64,000 nucleotides of DNA, taken from assembly GCA_001179505.1 (NCBI GenBank), contig CDMY01000295.1, positions 434,001-498,000 of the forward strand. Reading direction: 5' to 3'. The position numbers and the translations under genes are program-made. The DNA comes from Vitrella brassicaformis CCMP3155 (Eukaryota > Protista > Chromerida). The number at the start of each line of letters is the position of its first letter. Position 1 is the stretch's first letter. Shown here in pieces: positions 38,138 to 49,840 of this stretch. Below the pieces are notes generated by a model. That model was given only the letters and a program-made list of their open reading frames with translations, did no database searches and had not been told where the DNA came from.

Positions 38138-40428
38138 TCACCACCACTTGTGCCCTCTGTGCCTGCTGTGATGCCCGTGGTGGCCGTGGTGGCCGTGGTG
38201 GCCATGGTGGCCATGGTGGTGCTTCGGCCACGGCCAGACTGGGTGGATTGGGCCCGGGGGAGGGCGAGGGGGAGGCGTCCATGTGAGCACCTTGAAGGCC
38301 GCGAGGGCGTCAACGAATCCGTGGCCTGTCCGGTAGTCGAAGCCGACCTGAAACCCGGGGAGAATGGGATCTGCACACAGCCAACAAATATAAGAGTCGA
38401 TCCTACACATCGTGTCAGTCACTGACGGACGCCACGCACCGTCCATCTTTTCTGCCTGGAGGGAAGCAGCAACGGACACACAGACCCAAGAGACACAGAG
38501 GGACCAGGTGTTTCTGTGCGTGTGTGGAGGTCTGTGTGGGGGTGGGGGTGAGCATACTGTGTATGTCAGGAGGCGCCTGAGGCCGTATGGCGACAAGAGC
38601 GGCTTGTTGTCCATGAGCAGCTTGTCGAGGATCAACGCTGCTAGCCCACACACGTGAGGCGCCGACGCACTTGTGCCGTAGAAATCTGAGAGAGAACAGT
38701 CGTGTGGTCGCCAGCCAGCATGGCATGCAACTCTGCCCTCTCTCTCTCTCTCTTTTTGTCATGTCAGGCAGGGGTCCACCTACTTGGATAGGTATCATTC
38801 TCGACGTTGGCACGCTCAGACATAGACCCAAAGAACATCGTGTTGGCGCCATCTTTGCAAGGGGACACACACACGCACGAAGAGAGGGAGCCCAAGAGCC
38901 AATCATTGTGTCAATCGCACGTGGTGTGTCGGTGAGTCACCTGGTCCTGTCACGTCGGGTTTGTAGAGGTCAAGGGGGTGGTCGAGTCGGGTGCCATTGT
39001 TGTCAAAGAGGATCAAACACCCCCCTGCGCCAGCACATACATACATACAGGCGTATGCATCAGTAGACCGATCTACTGCCCGATTGGATTGCCGCCCCCC
39101 CCCCCCCAACACACATGCACACACACAGAGCACGCCTGACCTCTGGATGAGTAGAGATTCACTTGTGTGTGGAGGGAGCAGACGGGAGCGACTCCACCCC
39201 AATTGTTGTTCGTTGTCCGCGAGGTTGCGTCACTGGCGCACAGGAAGTTACTCGCGTTGTAGTAGGCTGCCGCCCCGACTGACGTGGCGCCATGAGTGTT
39301 GGAATGACTGACGACACACACAGATACACTTCTCTCCCTCTCTCTTTGGTTGTTTCTGCTTCTCTCTCTCTCTCTCTCTCTCCGCCTTGGTCTCCGTGTG
39401 TGTGTGTGTGTCATCGGCGTGTGTGCGTACCCCCAAGCAGTCGCTCCGAAGAAGTCCGGGTCTGTCGGGAGACGAAAGAAAGGCCGACAAGACAGAGAGA
39501 CAGACAGACAGACAGACAAGAGAGAGGGGGCGGGAGGGCGTGTTGCAAAGAGACCACCGAGACCATGCCAAGAGTACCCCTGTTGTGTTGATTACCTGGG
39601 TACGGCCGTCTGAACCATATCAACGAAATCCGGGTGGGATTGGTTATCGCCTCGTTGCTGCAGGCATTAGAGCAGAGAGGACGGACGCCAAAGAACGAAC
39701 ACACAAGAGTCAAACCCACCCACATGTTTGTCGGCATGCGAATCCGTCGCTCAGTCATTCCCTCACCCCTCCTCGTCCTTGATGATGGCTTTGCCGATGC
39801 GCAGAATGAACTTCTCGCCATAGCCGGGAAGGTTCTGTCCCACAACGATACCATACCAACCCAATCAGCACATGGAGACGTAACGCTGACGCTTCCCAAT
39901 CACTCACTCACCTGGAAGCCGATAAATTCTGTGGGGTCGCCGGGTAGCTTGAGGCTCTCCTCCGCACCTCCAATGCCCTCGAAGCTGGCGGCAAAGGGCT
40001 CCCCGTCCCTGATGCCATTCATATGACAAGACCAGGCACACACCAGACAGGCAGACGATGGACGGATGGGCGGACGAGAGAGAAGGGGGCAGGCGGCTTA
40101 CTTGGTGAAGATGAAAATGTCCAAGTCACACTGGCTCCCGAGGGGACCTGCACGCACCCGTGCCGTGCCGACAGTGAGGGCGACAGTGAGGGAGAGGGGC
40201 AAGGCATTAAAAGCTCCCTGATGCTGCTGGTGCTGCTGCTGCTGCTGCTGCTGCCACAGGCAGGCATCTGACCGTGCACTGAGAAGTATGGCTCGTCCCA
40301 GTTGAGGACTCCAATCTGTGTAGCGTCCTCAGGCATGGTGAAATGGTAGTCGATGGAGCCCGTCTTGCTGCAAGCAAGACACACAGACAGACGAACACGC
40401 GGAGGGAGGTACCTCCCCGTGTGTGTGC

Positions 40429-40475
<47 letters not shown>

Positions 40476-42325
40476 GTCACCTGAACCAGTGCCACTCGTA
40501 CTCGATGGCAACCCCGAAGCCGAAATTGATAATGTCCCTGACGCCCGACGCATTGTAGTAGTCTTGAAGCGCTGAGTCGCCGTTGTTGCCAGCAGAGGAG
40601 AAGTAGTGCCTTCCCTTGGAGGTCACCTCGTCCACCGCCTGGGCTATGATCTGACGGGGAGAGTTGACACCGACACACCGACACACTTGCCATCGTCAGT
40701 CGCCTCTCCTCTGCTGAGCTGCGATCAGTGTCAGGGTTGGCGCCCTTACGCCATGAGCAAACATCGGCTCCGCAAAGTAGATGATGTCGTCGACGATCAC
40801 CTCGCAGCCGAGCTCGGCCAGGTCCAAAATGCCTGGGACATACACACACACACACACACACAGGCGCATCTACATGGATGGATCGATGGATGGATGGACA
40901 GCTCGGCCTCTGCTACCGACCGTGGGCGAAACTAGCCTGCGAACGAGAGACAACAGAGTACGTGGTACGTCTCAGTGAATCAGTGTCAGCAGCATTACCA
41001 TGCCATTGAAGGCCGAATGAAAGGCGAATTTCTTTGCGCCAGGACACACATCATAACTGGGGTGTGACAGCAACACAGGCAGAGTGAGAGAGAGAGAGAG
41101 AGAGAGAGAAAGGGATGCCTCCACAAATGTCACGTGGCCGCTCGTTGTGTCGTTCCTCACGCACTCACGTCAGCTCCATCATGCCTCTTCCCTCGTCCGT
41201 GTAGCCGTCCTCCGGGCCCAATCCCTCGGACAGCACCTCCACATCCTGCGGCAGGTCCCCTTGTGCGTACAGAATCTTCGCCTTGTCCTGCCTGTCGAAC
41301 GAGTCCGACATGAATCCGATGCCTGAAACACAACACACATACACACACACACACATAGGGAAGCCTGCAGCAGTGGCTTGGCCGTTCTGTGTCCATCTCA
41401 GGTCTTACACGAGAGCCTGGAGGCGTCGACCCCGTAGAGCTTCCGCACAGCGTCTGTGTTCATCGCGTGATCGCCTTGTGACCACACCTTGCCCGCCAGG
41501 GGACGCGCAATGGTGCTGTTCTGCTGACGCTGAGGCAGGTCGTCCGGCAGGTCGCCCGGCCGTGTGGGGATGACGCGCATTTGTGAGGCCCGGAGCACCC
41601 GAATCCCTTGTATCCTCGTGATGAAGGCGATCTTGTCGACTGGCAGCCTCGCAGACACGATTCGCTGAAAACGGCTGATGCCCGTGAGACCCAAAGAAGT
41701 GAGCTTCAAGATGAGGCCCTCGATGCCGCCCGGTTCCAGCTGCGACTCGTCGATGGCCATGTCCACAAGAATCCCCTCCGAGGACACCTGTGTGGCGGTG
41801 TCTTTGGCGAACTTCCGCAGCGTGGTCTCGTTGCGGAAGAGGCCCCGATAGGTCTGGAATGTCAAGCCGAGTGTCAGCCGCGTGTCGCTGTTGTCGGCGC
41901 TGAACGGGTCGTCCCTCGCGAGTGCCGCCGACACGCCCTGCCGTCGGAGGTCGAACATCCGCTGCTCGACGTGGTGGAAGTGCAGCCGATAGAGCACTGT
42001 GTCGAGCTGAATGTTGGCGGGCTTGAAGAGCCGGCGAGCTGTGGCGGTGATGGACTTGACCAGCTGCGCGTACTTGACGTCCACAGCACCTGCAGGCAAC
42101 ACCCACCACACGAGCAGCCAGAAAGCGCTACCAGTCTGCCTGTCTGCCCTCTTTCTCCTTACTCGGCTGATCCCGTTGTTCTTCGTCGTCCAGGTCAGTG
42201 TCGTTGCCTCCGCGGGTGTTGGGCTGCTCCACCCACAGCTCTGCCTGGGCGTCTTCAAGCTGCCCCTCACATTGCCAGATCAGAAGGGCGAAGGTGAGAA
42301 GCAGCGAAGCCGGCACGCCCCACAT
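38138..42325 (-). CDS. Secreted subtilisin-fold peptidase of the bacterial S8/S53-like type with a His-rich tail (3' end uncertain)
   Basis: Signal peptide MWGVPASLLLTFALLIWQCEG. Motifs: IGFMSDSF, GDLPQDVEVL, DEGRGMMELTYDVCPGA, VIVDDIIYFAEPMF, IAQAVDEV, YFSSAGN, SVGAA, KPDVTGPG, FYGTSASAPHV (Ser at 38669-38671), GHGFVDA. Confidence 0.88.
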
Positions 42326-42899
42326 CGTTCACTCAAGCTCTCACGCCCCCACCCAACGGCTAGAGTGCCAAGACGACGCGAAAGATTGACGTGCTTGGCC
42401 AGCAGCCTAAACACGCACGTGTCGTCATAATCATGTACTATTATTTTGACCAGCGTAAACTTTGATGACATGGCCCGATTCACAGACGGACGTGTCCATA
42501 CGGTTCATCCATACGTATACACAGACATATAAAAGATCATCCCCTAAGTACCACCGACCCAGCCCTCCAGCCGATTCCAACCTTTGACCTACAATTCATA
42601 CCAACTCAACCTAGTTCCCCCCCTGCCACTGCCGCATTCGGCGCCAGCCGATAGGCAAAGGCACCTGTGTCACCTGCTGCAAGTGCCTACATACAAGCCA
42701 ACGGGAGAGACAAACGTACAACGATCACCTGGGACCACCTGCCAGGCAGGCAGCCTTCCCATCCTCACGGACCTCACCTGACGTCATTCATCATTTGTTG
42801 CCTCAACCCCTTCACGAGCCGAAAAAGAGGGAATAACGGCCACACGCCACACGATCGGCAAGGTCCAAAAAGCTGAACAGACCAGGACGCATAACATCG

Positions 42900-43798
42900 A
42901 CAATGCGATATGCCCCGCCCGGGCAGGCGCTTGACCCTCTTTTCCTCCCCTCTCGTGTGGTCGCACTCCAGGAATGCTCCATCCTTGAAGCTGCTGATGG
43001 CCTTCTCCAGGTCGCCCACGGTGACGCCCTTGGCCGGGTCAGACGCAGGAACAGCACACACCTGACATTCACACACACACACACACACAATCGCCCCATC
43101 TCTGCGTTCACGGCCCCCCTTCCTCACCTGTCACCAAATTGGCCTTGTTGTCGAACTCCTCTGGTATGGCCGGCTTGAGGAGCTCATGGAAGTTTGCATT
43201 GAACTGCTGCATCCATGTCAGTGGCGACAGCCGATCGTAAGTGTAGCAGATGCAGTTGCGGCGCTTCATGATGATGAGAGTCGGGTAGGGATACAGCACG
43301 TGGCTCTTGTCGACATCCTCTCCCTCATCCTCACGGTAGCCCATCAGGTCACACAAGTCTATGTCCAGGCTCCGCGGCTCATTACTGCGGTTGGCGCGGC
43401 TGACCTCGGCCATCACCTCTTGCACCAGCTTGGAGTTCTCCTGGGCCGCACGGCACATCTGCACCACGACATACAGAGAGGGACACACAAGCTCATGAGC
43501 TTGGTGTACCTTGCGGTGCTTTGCCTACCTTCTTGTGCTCCTTCCAGTGAGCCCGCTGGCACTCAACCGAGCAGTAGCGAACCTGCAGGCGGAAAGAAAA
43601 CCCAATGTCCAGTTTCAGTGCGTGTTTGCCAATCACACATCACACGCATGACGGACGCAATCACATCTGGCTCACCTCGTGGCAGCCGCTGCAGATCTGC
43701 AGCGTCGTGACGTCATGAGCCTCCACACGCTTGCGGCATTTGGCGCACTTGCGGCCGATGTAGCAGTTCAGCATGCCCTCCATGCCCTGCCGGTCCAT
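42900..43798 (-). CDS. MYND-type zinc-finger protein (ends approximate)
   Basis: Spliced CAKCRKRVEAHDVTTLQICSGCHE|VRYCSVECQRAHWKEHKK|MC matches the MYND Cys/His spacing. Confidence 0.82.
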
Positions 43799-44059
43799 GA
43801 TGACGCGAGTGGCCCTTCTCTATTCTGTTCCTCAAGCTCGCGCACTCCGCGTCCCCGTTGTCCAGGGTCCCGTTTTCAATCCAGTTTGACGCATTGGGAG
43901 CTCACCAAACAAACGTGCACAAATATGCAACGGTCACAGACAAATGTCATCGACACCGTCTGACTCTCCTAGGGTCTCCCTCCCAACCTCTCCTTCCCTG
44001 CCTTTCTGCCTGCCTGCATTCCTGCCTGCCTTCACTATGCCACGACACATGTGAATGCC

Positions 44060-44974
44060 TCAGCCGTCGTCGTCCGCCTGCTTCCCATCATTGGCTGCTC
44101 TCGGCGGCAGGTAGCTGGCGGACAGCGGCGGCTGCACGGGCGGCCGGAACTCATGAGCCTCATCCAGCGGATAGTTGCGGTCGGCGTCAAGGTCGCCAGT
44201 CAGGTCGCCACAGGACACAAACGGCACCACCGCCATGCCGCCCTTGGCGTCCACCTGCCGCATCAGCTCCTCAGCCCAGTCGTTGAATGATCCCCCGCCC
44301 CAGCCACCACCAGAGCCTTCTGGCTGGCGGCCGATGAAGTCCCGGCAGACGACGAAGGCCTCGAAGCTGGAGTTGCGTGAGCTGGCGGGCTTGCAGCAGC
44401 TCACCTGCCGGAACAACACCTGCAGCTGCGCGTACAGCAACGGAGCGTTCTCGCCGCGAAAAACCTTGGCCACCATGGTGCCGCCCGGCCGCAGGAGGGC
44501 GGTGGTGATGCGGAGGGCCGACAGCAGAAGCTGCGACTGGATGTACTCGTCCAGGTCGTGCATGCCCGTCACGTCGGGCGCCCCGTCACACAGCACCATG
44601 TCGGCGAGATTGCCGTCGAAGTGGGAGAGGATGGCAGACGCCGTCGAGGGGCTCGTGATGTCACCCTGCAGCGTTACCACGCCATCTAATGGGGCCATCT
44701 CTTGCAGATCCACCGAGACAATAAGAGGCGGACCATGCTCGTCATCATCTCCCTTGGCTGCTGCATCAGAATGCCGCTTCACCAATCTGTCACGGCAGAC
44801 CTGCGACCAGCTGCCCGGCGCGGCGCAGAGGTCCACAACGCGGCGAGTGGCGGGCGTGAAGAGGTCGAAGTGGTCGTCGAGCTGCAGCAGCTTGTAGGCG
44901 CTCCGGGCTCGGTAGCCTTCCTCTTTGGCACGCCGATAGAAGATGTCACGTCGGTCCTTCGACAGCTTCCCCAT
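44060..44974 (-). CDS. TRM7: tRNA (cytidine32/guanosine34-2'-O)-methyltransferase, intronless
   Basis: MGKLSKDRRDIFYRRAKEEGYRARSAYKLLQLD, VVDLCAAPGSWSQV, CDGAPDVTGMHDLDEYIQSQLL, KPASSRNSSFEAFVVC. Confidence 0.95.
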   Translation of the reverse strand: MGKLSKDRRDIFYRRAKEEGYRARSAYKLLQLDDHFDLFTPATRRVVDLCAAPGSWSQVCRDRLVKRHSDAAAKGDDDEHGPPLIVSVDLQEMAPLDGVVTLQGDITSPSTASAILSHFDGNLADMVLCDGAPDVTGMHDLDEYIQSQLLLSALRITTALLRPGGTMVAKVFRGENAPLLYAQLQVLFRQVSCCKPASSRNSSFEAFVVCRDFIGRQPEGSGGGWGGGSFNDWAEELMRQVDAKGGMAVVPFVSCGDLTGDLDADRNYPLDEAHEFRPPVQPPLSASYLPPRAANDGKQADDDG

Positions 44975-46745
44975 TATCGATGAAAGCTGTCAATGCTCAC
45001 GCACGACAGCAGCGCTAGGACGTCTTTCTGCTGAGGTTCGAACAGCGGGCGTCTTTCCGCTTAAGCTCGCAGATGAGTTGGATCGCTTCGATGTGAGCGA
45101 CTTTGGCAGGATGCAGCACAGTTCTGGCCACTCGGGTGAATGTCAATGCGCCAAATGTGTTCAGCTTCGTGTGACCATCGAGGCCTTACAGACAACCATC
45201 AGCCGTGCAGCAAGATCTCCGGATGGCGACGATGGCGAGGCAGATGACGGGGGTCTGCACACAGCCCTTGACCTGCTGCAGACCTTCCAGCTGCGGCACA
45301 GCAACGCCATCGCCCCTGACAACAAGAATGCTGAGTCAGCTGGTACAGCTGGTGTCCGGTGCTTCGAGGATATCCTCTGCCCCCCTCTCCGTCCGCCCTT
45401 CTGCTTCCCCGACAGCACACGAGGCCTCCGTCAGCTGTCCTACGACCCATCTGCCTTTCGCCCGCGAGATTATCACCGCTTCCTTCTCACCGGCCGCCTC
45501 GCACCCCTCACACACACCACCCAAAGAGATGCACGTGGCTGCAGGGGTGGTCCTCCTATTGAGGTGACCATGGCATTCCTGGTGGGCAGTGGTCGGTCAG
45601 GCACTACTTTCCTGGCTGAGGTCGTCTCGCAGCTGGGCTGTGACGAGGCGGCAGGCTATGATGGCATCTTTGTGCTGGACGAGCCGCGGCAGCTGTGGCT
45701 GCCGGCCTTCCCATCGATGGATGTCTGGTCCACTGAGGCACCTAAGAGAAGCGGGAGGCTGGGGGGGCTTTCCGCATCGCCACTGTCGGCTGACGCCATC
45801 TCTCAAGTCCGGCAGGGCTATCGGCGAGTCATCCGAACCCTTGTCGACGCCCAGCAATCACCGAGAGGCGGCGAATCACCTGACGCTCGTCGGGTGCTGA
45901 TGGTGGAGAAGTTTCCGGAGCATGGCTTCTCTATCGACCTGCTGGCCAAGGTCTTCCAGCAGCCTCACGACAGCATCAGCAGCAGCCAGCGGGACGATCG
46001 AGTGTCCTTTGCGGCTCCCGTGCGTGTGATTCACGTGGTACGTGACGGCATAGAGGTGGCGCGGTCCATCCGGCAGCTGTGCGTGGCGGGCGGTGGCGCG
46101 TCGGCATGGTATGGCGTCAAGGACCTGTGGAAATGGCGGCAGCTGCTCACACTCATCCATGGATTGGGCGACCTTCAGCAGCCACAGCCATCATTCTGGT
46201 CGCTCATCCGTCGTGATTACCGTCCTGCATCGGCCATGGCAGCAGGGGCTAGCGAATGGACGGCGAGTGAGTGTGGTGAGCTGTTTGCCATGGGGCTGCT
46301 GGAGTGGGCGCTGGCCATCCATGCCGCAAGGAACGGGACAATCGATCAGGGCGTGAGTGTGTCAGAGGTGCCCTACAAGAACATGATCACGTGCCCTCAG
46401 GCAGCCATGGCCTCGGTGGGCGGCGCCCTGGGCCTGTCCGACCATGCAGTGTCATCGCTGGCCAGGTGTGTGTAACATTCATTATACATCGGTTGATCGT
46501 CCCTTGGCTGGCTGTTGTGTGTGTGTGTGTGTAGGGTATGCGAGGCGCATACGAGTGCCAAAAGCCGGCAAGCCTATGCGAGTGGTGCGTCGGTGATGCT
46601 GTCCGATGACGAGAGGCGCGTGCTGTCGTGTTGCGGTGGGTCGCTGATTGGGGCTTATCTGGTTGAGGCATCGATGTGCAACCCCACACACAGAGAGGAA
46701 ATAGAGAGAGTGTGCCGCGTCAGCCAGGCGGGAGAGGAGCTATAG
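44943..46745 (+). CDS. PAPS-dependent sulfotransferase-family protein (start at 44943 or 45111)
   Basis: 5'-PSB loop FLVGSGRSGTTFL, EPRQLW, VEKFPEH and 3'-PB motif IHVVRDGIEVARS. One long exon runs to about 46466, followed by a short last exon. Confidence 0.8.
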
Positions 46746-47598
46746 ACCATGTGCATGATGAGATGAATGGGATCGATTCATGCACTGCACGAGGGATGAA
46801 TCATATGGAGCGAATCCGTTATGCAGATGCAACACCATGCGAACAGGCAGATACATAGCACTAACCATGCCTTCTCTTTCAGCCGAAACACGACAGCTGA
46901 GGTGATATCGAAGAGTCCTTCAGATGGGCAGCACAGCACCTAGGGACCTGATGTGCACTGCGCGACATGAATGTGTGCGGTGCCACATTCATCAGGACAC
47001 AGGACGATGCGGTGCGAGGCGATAGGTAGCCCTGACGGTACGGTGTGTCTGTCTGACCCGCACTTAGTGAGTGACCCAGCGAGTGAGTGCCCTTAGGTGG
47101 GTGGTGTGGTGTGGTGTGGTGTGTGTGGTGTGGTGTGGTGCCGAGGCACACACCTTCGATGAGAGGCCGAAAACACAGCCCCTGTCTATGGTGATCTCTG
47201 TCTGTCTGTTCTGTCTGGCCTACCTACGATGGAGCACAGACATGCTCCACATCGCACGTACGCCCCACTGCAAAAGCACCTGTACACACATAGGTAGTAG
47301 ACGTCTGCAAGCCCTCCCTGTCTCCAACAGGTTTCCGCTGTAGACTGGCTGCGATAGATGGTGATGCTGCGACACAGCAACGCCTCCCCTCCCCTCCCCT
47401 CCCTCACGGTGACCCTCCTCTCCACTCCCTCCTTCTCCCCTCCCCTCGACGCTTGATGCTTGTGGACGGCTCCCGATGCATCCATTCGCCCACATCTGAG
47501 AGCAGACACAACAGCACCGAGCTGAGACATCCTTGCACACGTGGGTCACGTCTCTGTCTTCCCTGCTCACCCACTGGCTGCTCGATCACCGTGATCGA

Positions 47599-48404
47599 TC
47601 ACAGCTTCCGTTGGAGGAATGACTCCATCTGTCGCAGGCCCACCAACTCCCAAATGGGGGGTGGCAGTGCTGGCCTTGCAAGGCTGCCGGGGGGTGGCTG
47701 TCGGTGCGGGTTCTCATAGAGACCCACCAGATCGATGCCCGGCTTCTTCTGAGTCACGGCCCTGGCCTGGTCCTGCTGTCTGTAGGCGGCCTCCTGCCGT
47801 CTCCTCCGCTCCCTCTCGATCTGACGCAGCCGTCTCAGCTCCTCCTCATTCGGGTCCTCTTTCACAAAGGTTTGTCGGTGTTTCCTCCGCTTGCCGTTGC
47901 CCCGACCGCCAGCCCTCTCTCTGTGGGCAGTGAGGATGTTCTCCGCCGCGGTTAGCTGGTGCCTTTGCCACGGTGGGAGGTCCAGAGGTGGGCGGGCGAG
48001 GGAGCCCTTCGGTGGCTCCTTATGTCTGTGAGGGGAGACAGGCAGGTGAACCAACCGTCGGGGTGCACGTGCAGGACACTTGGCTCATCTCTTACTTACA
48101 GGCTGCGGTGCAGTTCCACCAAGGTTGGTGGCCGTCGGCCCTCCCTGGTCTGGTCCCGCCTGACCTTCTCCCTCTCACGCAGCGAGGCGAGCTCCCCTCG
48201 CACTGCACTGGCAGATGCGCCTGCAAACCACCGACCGAATTAAGAAACATGAGCGATGAGAAGAGTGAGGCACATGCAACTGCAGTCAGTCAGTCACTGT
48301 GAATGAGGGGAAGGTTACACACGTGACGTACGTGGACTGGCGCGTGGGCTCGGCACCCTTGACTGAGGGTACGCTGATGCCTTAGCGGCTGGTCGGCTTC
48401 TCAT
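47599..48404 (-). CDS. Hypothetical basic/coiled-coil protein with an internal repeat
   Basis: Three exons join in frame (MRSRPAAK..|..ELHRSL|[14 protein letters not shown]..). The motif PPxGSLARPxL occurs twice. Confidence 0.5.
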
Positions 48405-49840
48405 CGTTTGCTGCATCGTTGATTGCTTCTTTGCTCTTCACACGCTTTTGGTACGGCTTTTGGCGACCTTGCTGGGGGCGCCCCCAGAAAGGACGAATTT
48501 ACAACATGGACAGGCTGCAAAAGGCACATGTTTCCGGCTCAGAGCTGCTTTGTTTCTTCCGCTCTTGGTCGTCCTAACTGTCACACATCCCAACACTTAA
48601 CCGGATGACTCTTCAGTGTTTCGCTCATGTTCCGACGTATCCATAAAAACACATGGCATGGCATGGCATGGCATGCAAGGAAATGCTTGCGCTACTACAT
48701 GTAGCAGCGGGCAGCTCAGCCAACCACTGGTCGAGGCTCTCGCCAAGTACATAACATACATCACCCATCCCCGTGGTCGACATCAGTGTTTCAAAAAGAC
48801 ACTCCAGTGGCAGGCCATATGAAGCCGACCCTCGCCCTCTACATGCAGTCACGGAGTACACCAACCAATCGCAGCATGCAGCAAAGAGCCTGACACACGC
48901 GCACAAAACAACGATCAGAGAGGGAGGGAGGGAGGGAGGGAGGGAGGGGATTTCCGATATGAGGGATGCATGTGCCTCATATCAGAAATGGCCCTCCTTG
49001 CCCTGCCTTTCCTGTCCTTGCCTTTCCTCTTGAGCCATGCAGGTACGTCAGTCACGTGCATACGTATGTCAGTCATGTGTATAGGGAGCGATTGATCTCA
49101 TACCCGCAACACGCATGCCATGCCATGCCATGCCAGGCGTGTGTACATGTACACACCACAGTCTGTGTACTGTACACACACCCTCACCCTCACCCTCACC
49201 CTCACATCTCAGTCAGACAGGCAGACAGACAGACAGACAGACAGGTAAAAAATCCTACGATGGTTTAAAGGCATGTATGTCTGCCTGTCTGTCTGTCTGT
49301 CTGTATATGCCCCACGTAAGTCCTTTCTTTGACCACTTCGGTGGATGCGGTGCGGCCCTCCCCTCCCCTCCCCTCCGCGCGTTGCACGAAAGCTGCCCGT
49401 CCTTGTGTTTAGGACTCACACACCGTGCAAAGCCAACCACAGCAATGCCTCATACATGCCAGACAAAAAGAGGGCGTGCAGACATCAGAGGAACAAAGTC
49501 TACGTGCGCACCCCCATACCACCATCTCAGTTGAAAGGACGAGTGTGAAGGTGGGGCGCGCAAGGCCTTGCGTACTGCGGTCGGTGTGTCTACCTACCTG
49601 TCTGTCTGTCCGTCTGTCCGTCCGTCTGCCTGTCTGCTTGGCTACACTAAAAGCGAGAGCCTACACGTGAACACGCACGCAACCAGCCAAGACCTTACTT
49701 ACACCGCATTCAGTCGAGATTGACTGACTGACTTCCCCTCCCACCCCTCCGCTCCCTGAGCAACATGAATACTCCCTCCCTCCCTCCCGACCGTAGGGAC
49801 GGACGAGTGAGCAGAGGTGGGATACACTAGCTAGCTACAC

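Noticed and set aside
38177-38223. Regular short direct repeats resembling a CRISPR-like or mobile array
   Set aside because: This is a 9-nt coding tandem repeat (His-His-Gly) without spacers. No CRISPR, tRNA, rRNA or transposase signatures were seen anywhere in the window.
48400-49800. Long gene-free stretch with many short ORFs
   Set aside because: It consists of (GGCAT)n, (GGGA)n, (CAGA)n and (CCTCAC)n microsatellites between genes; the ORFs have no coding character.
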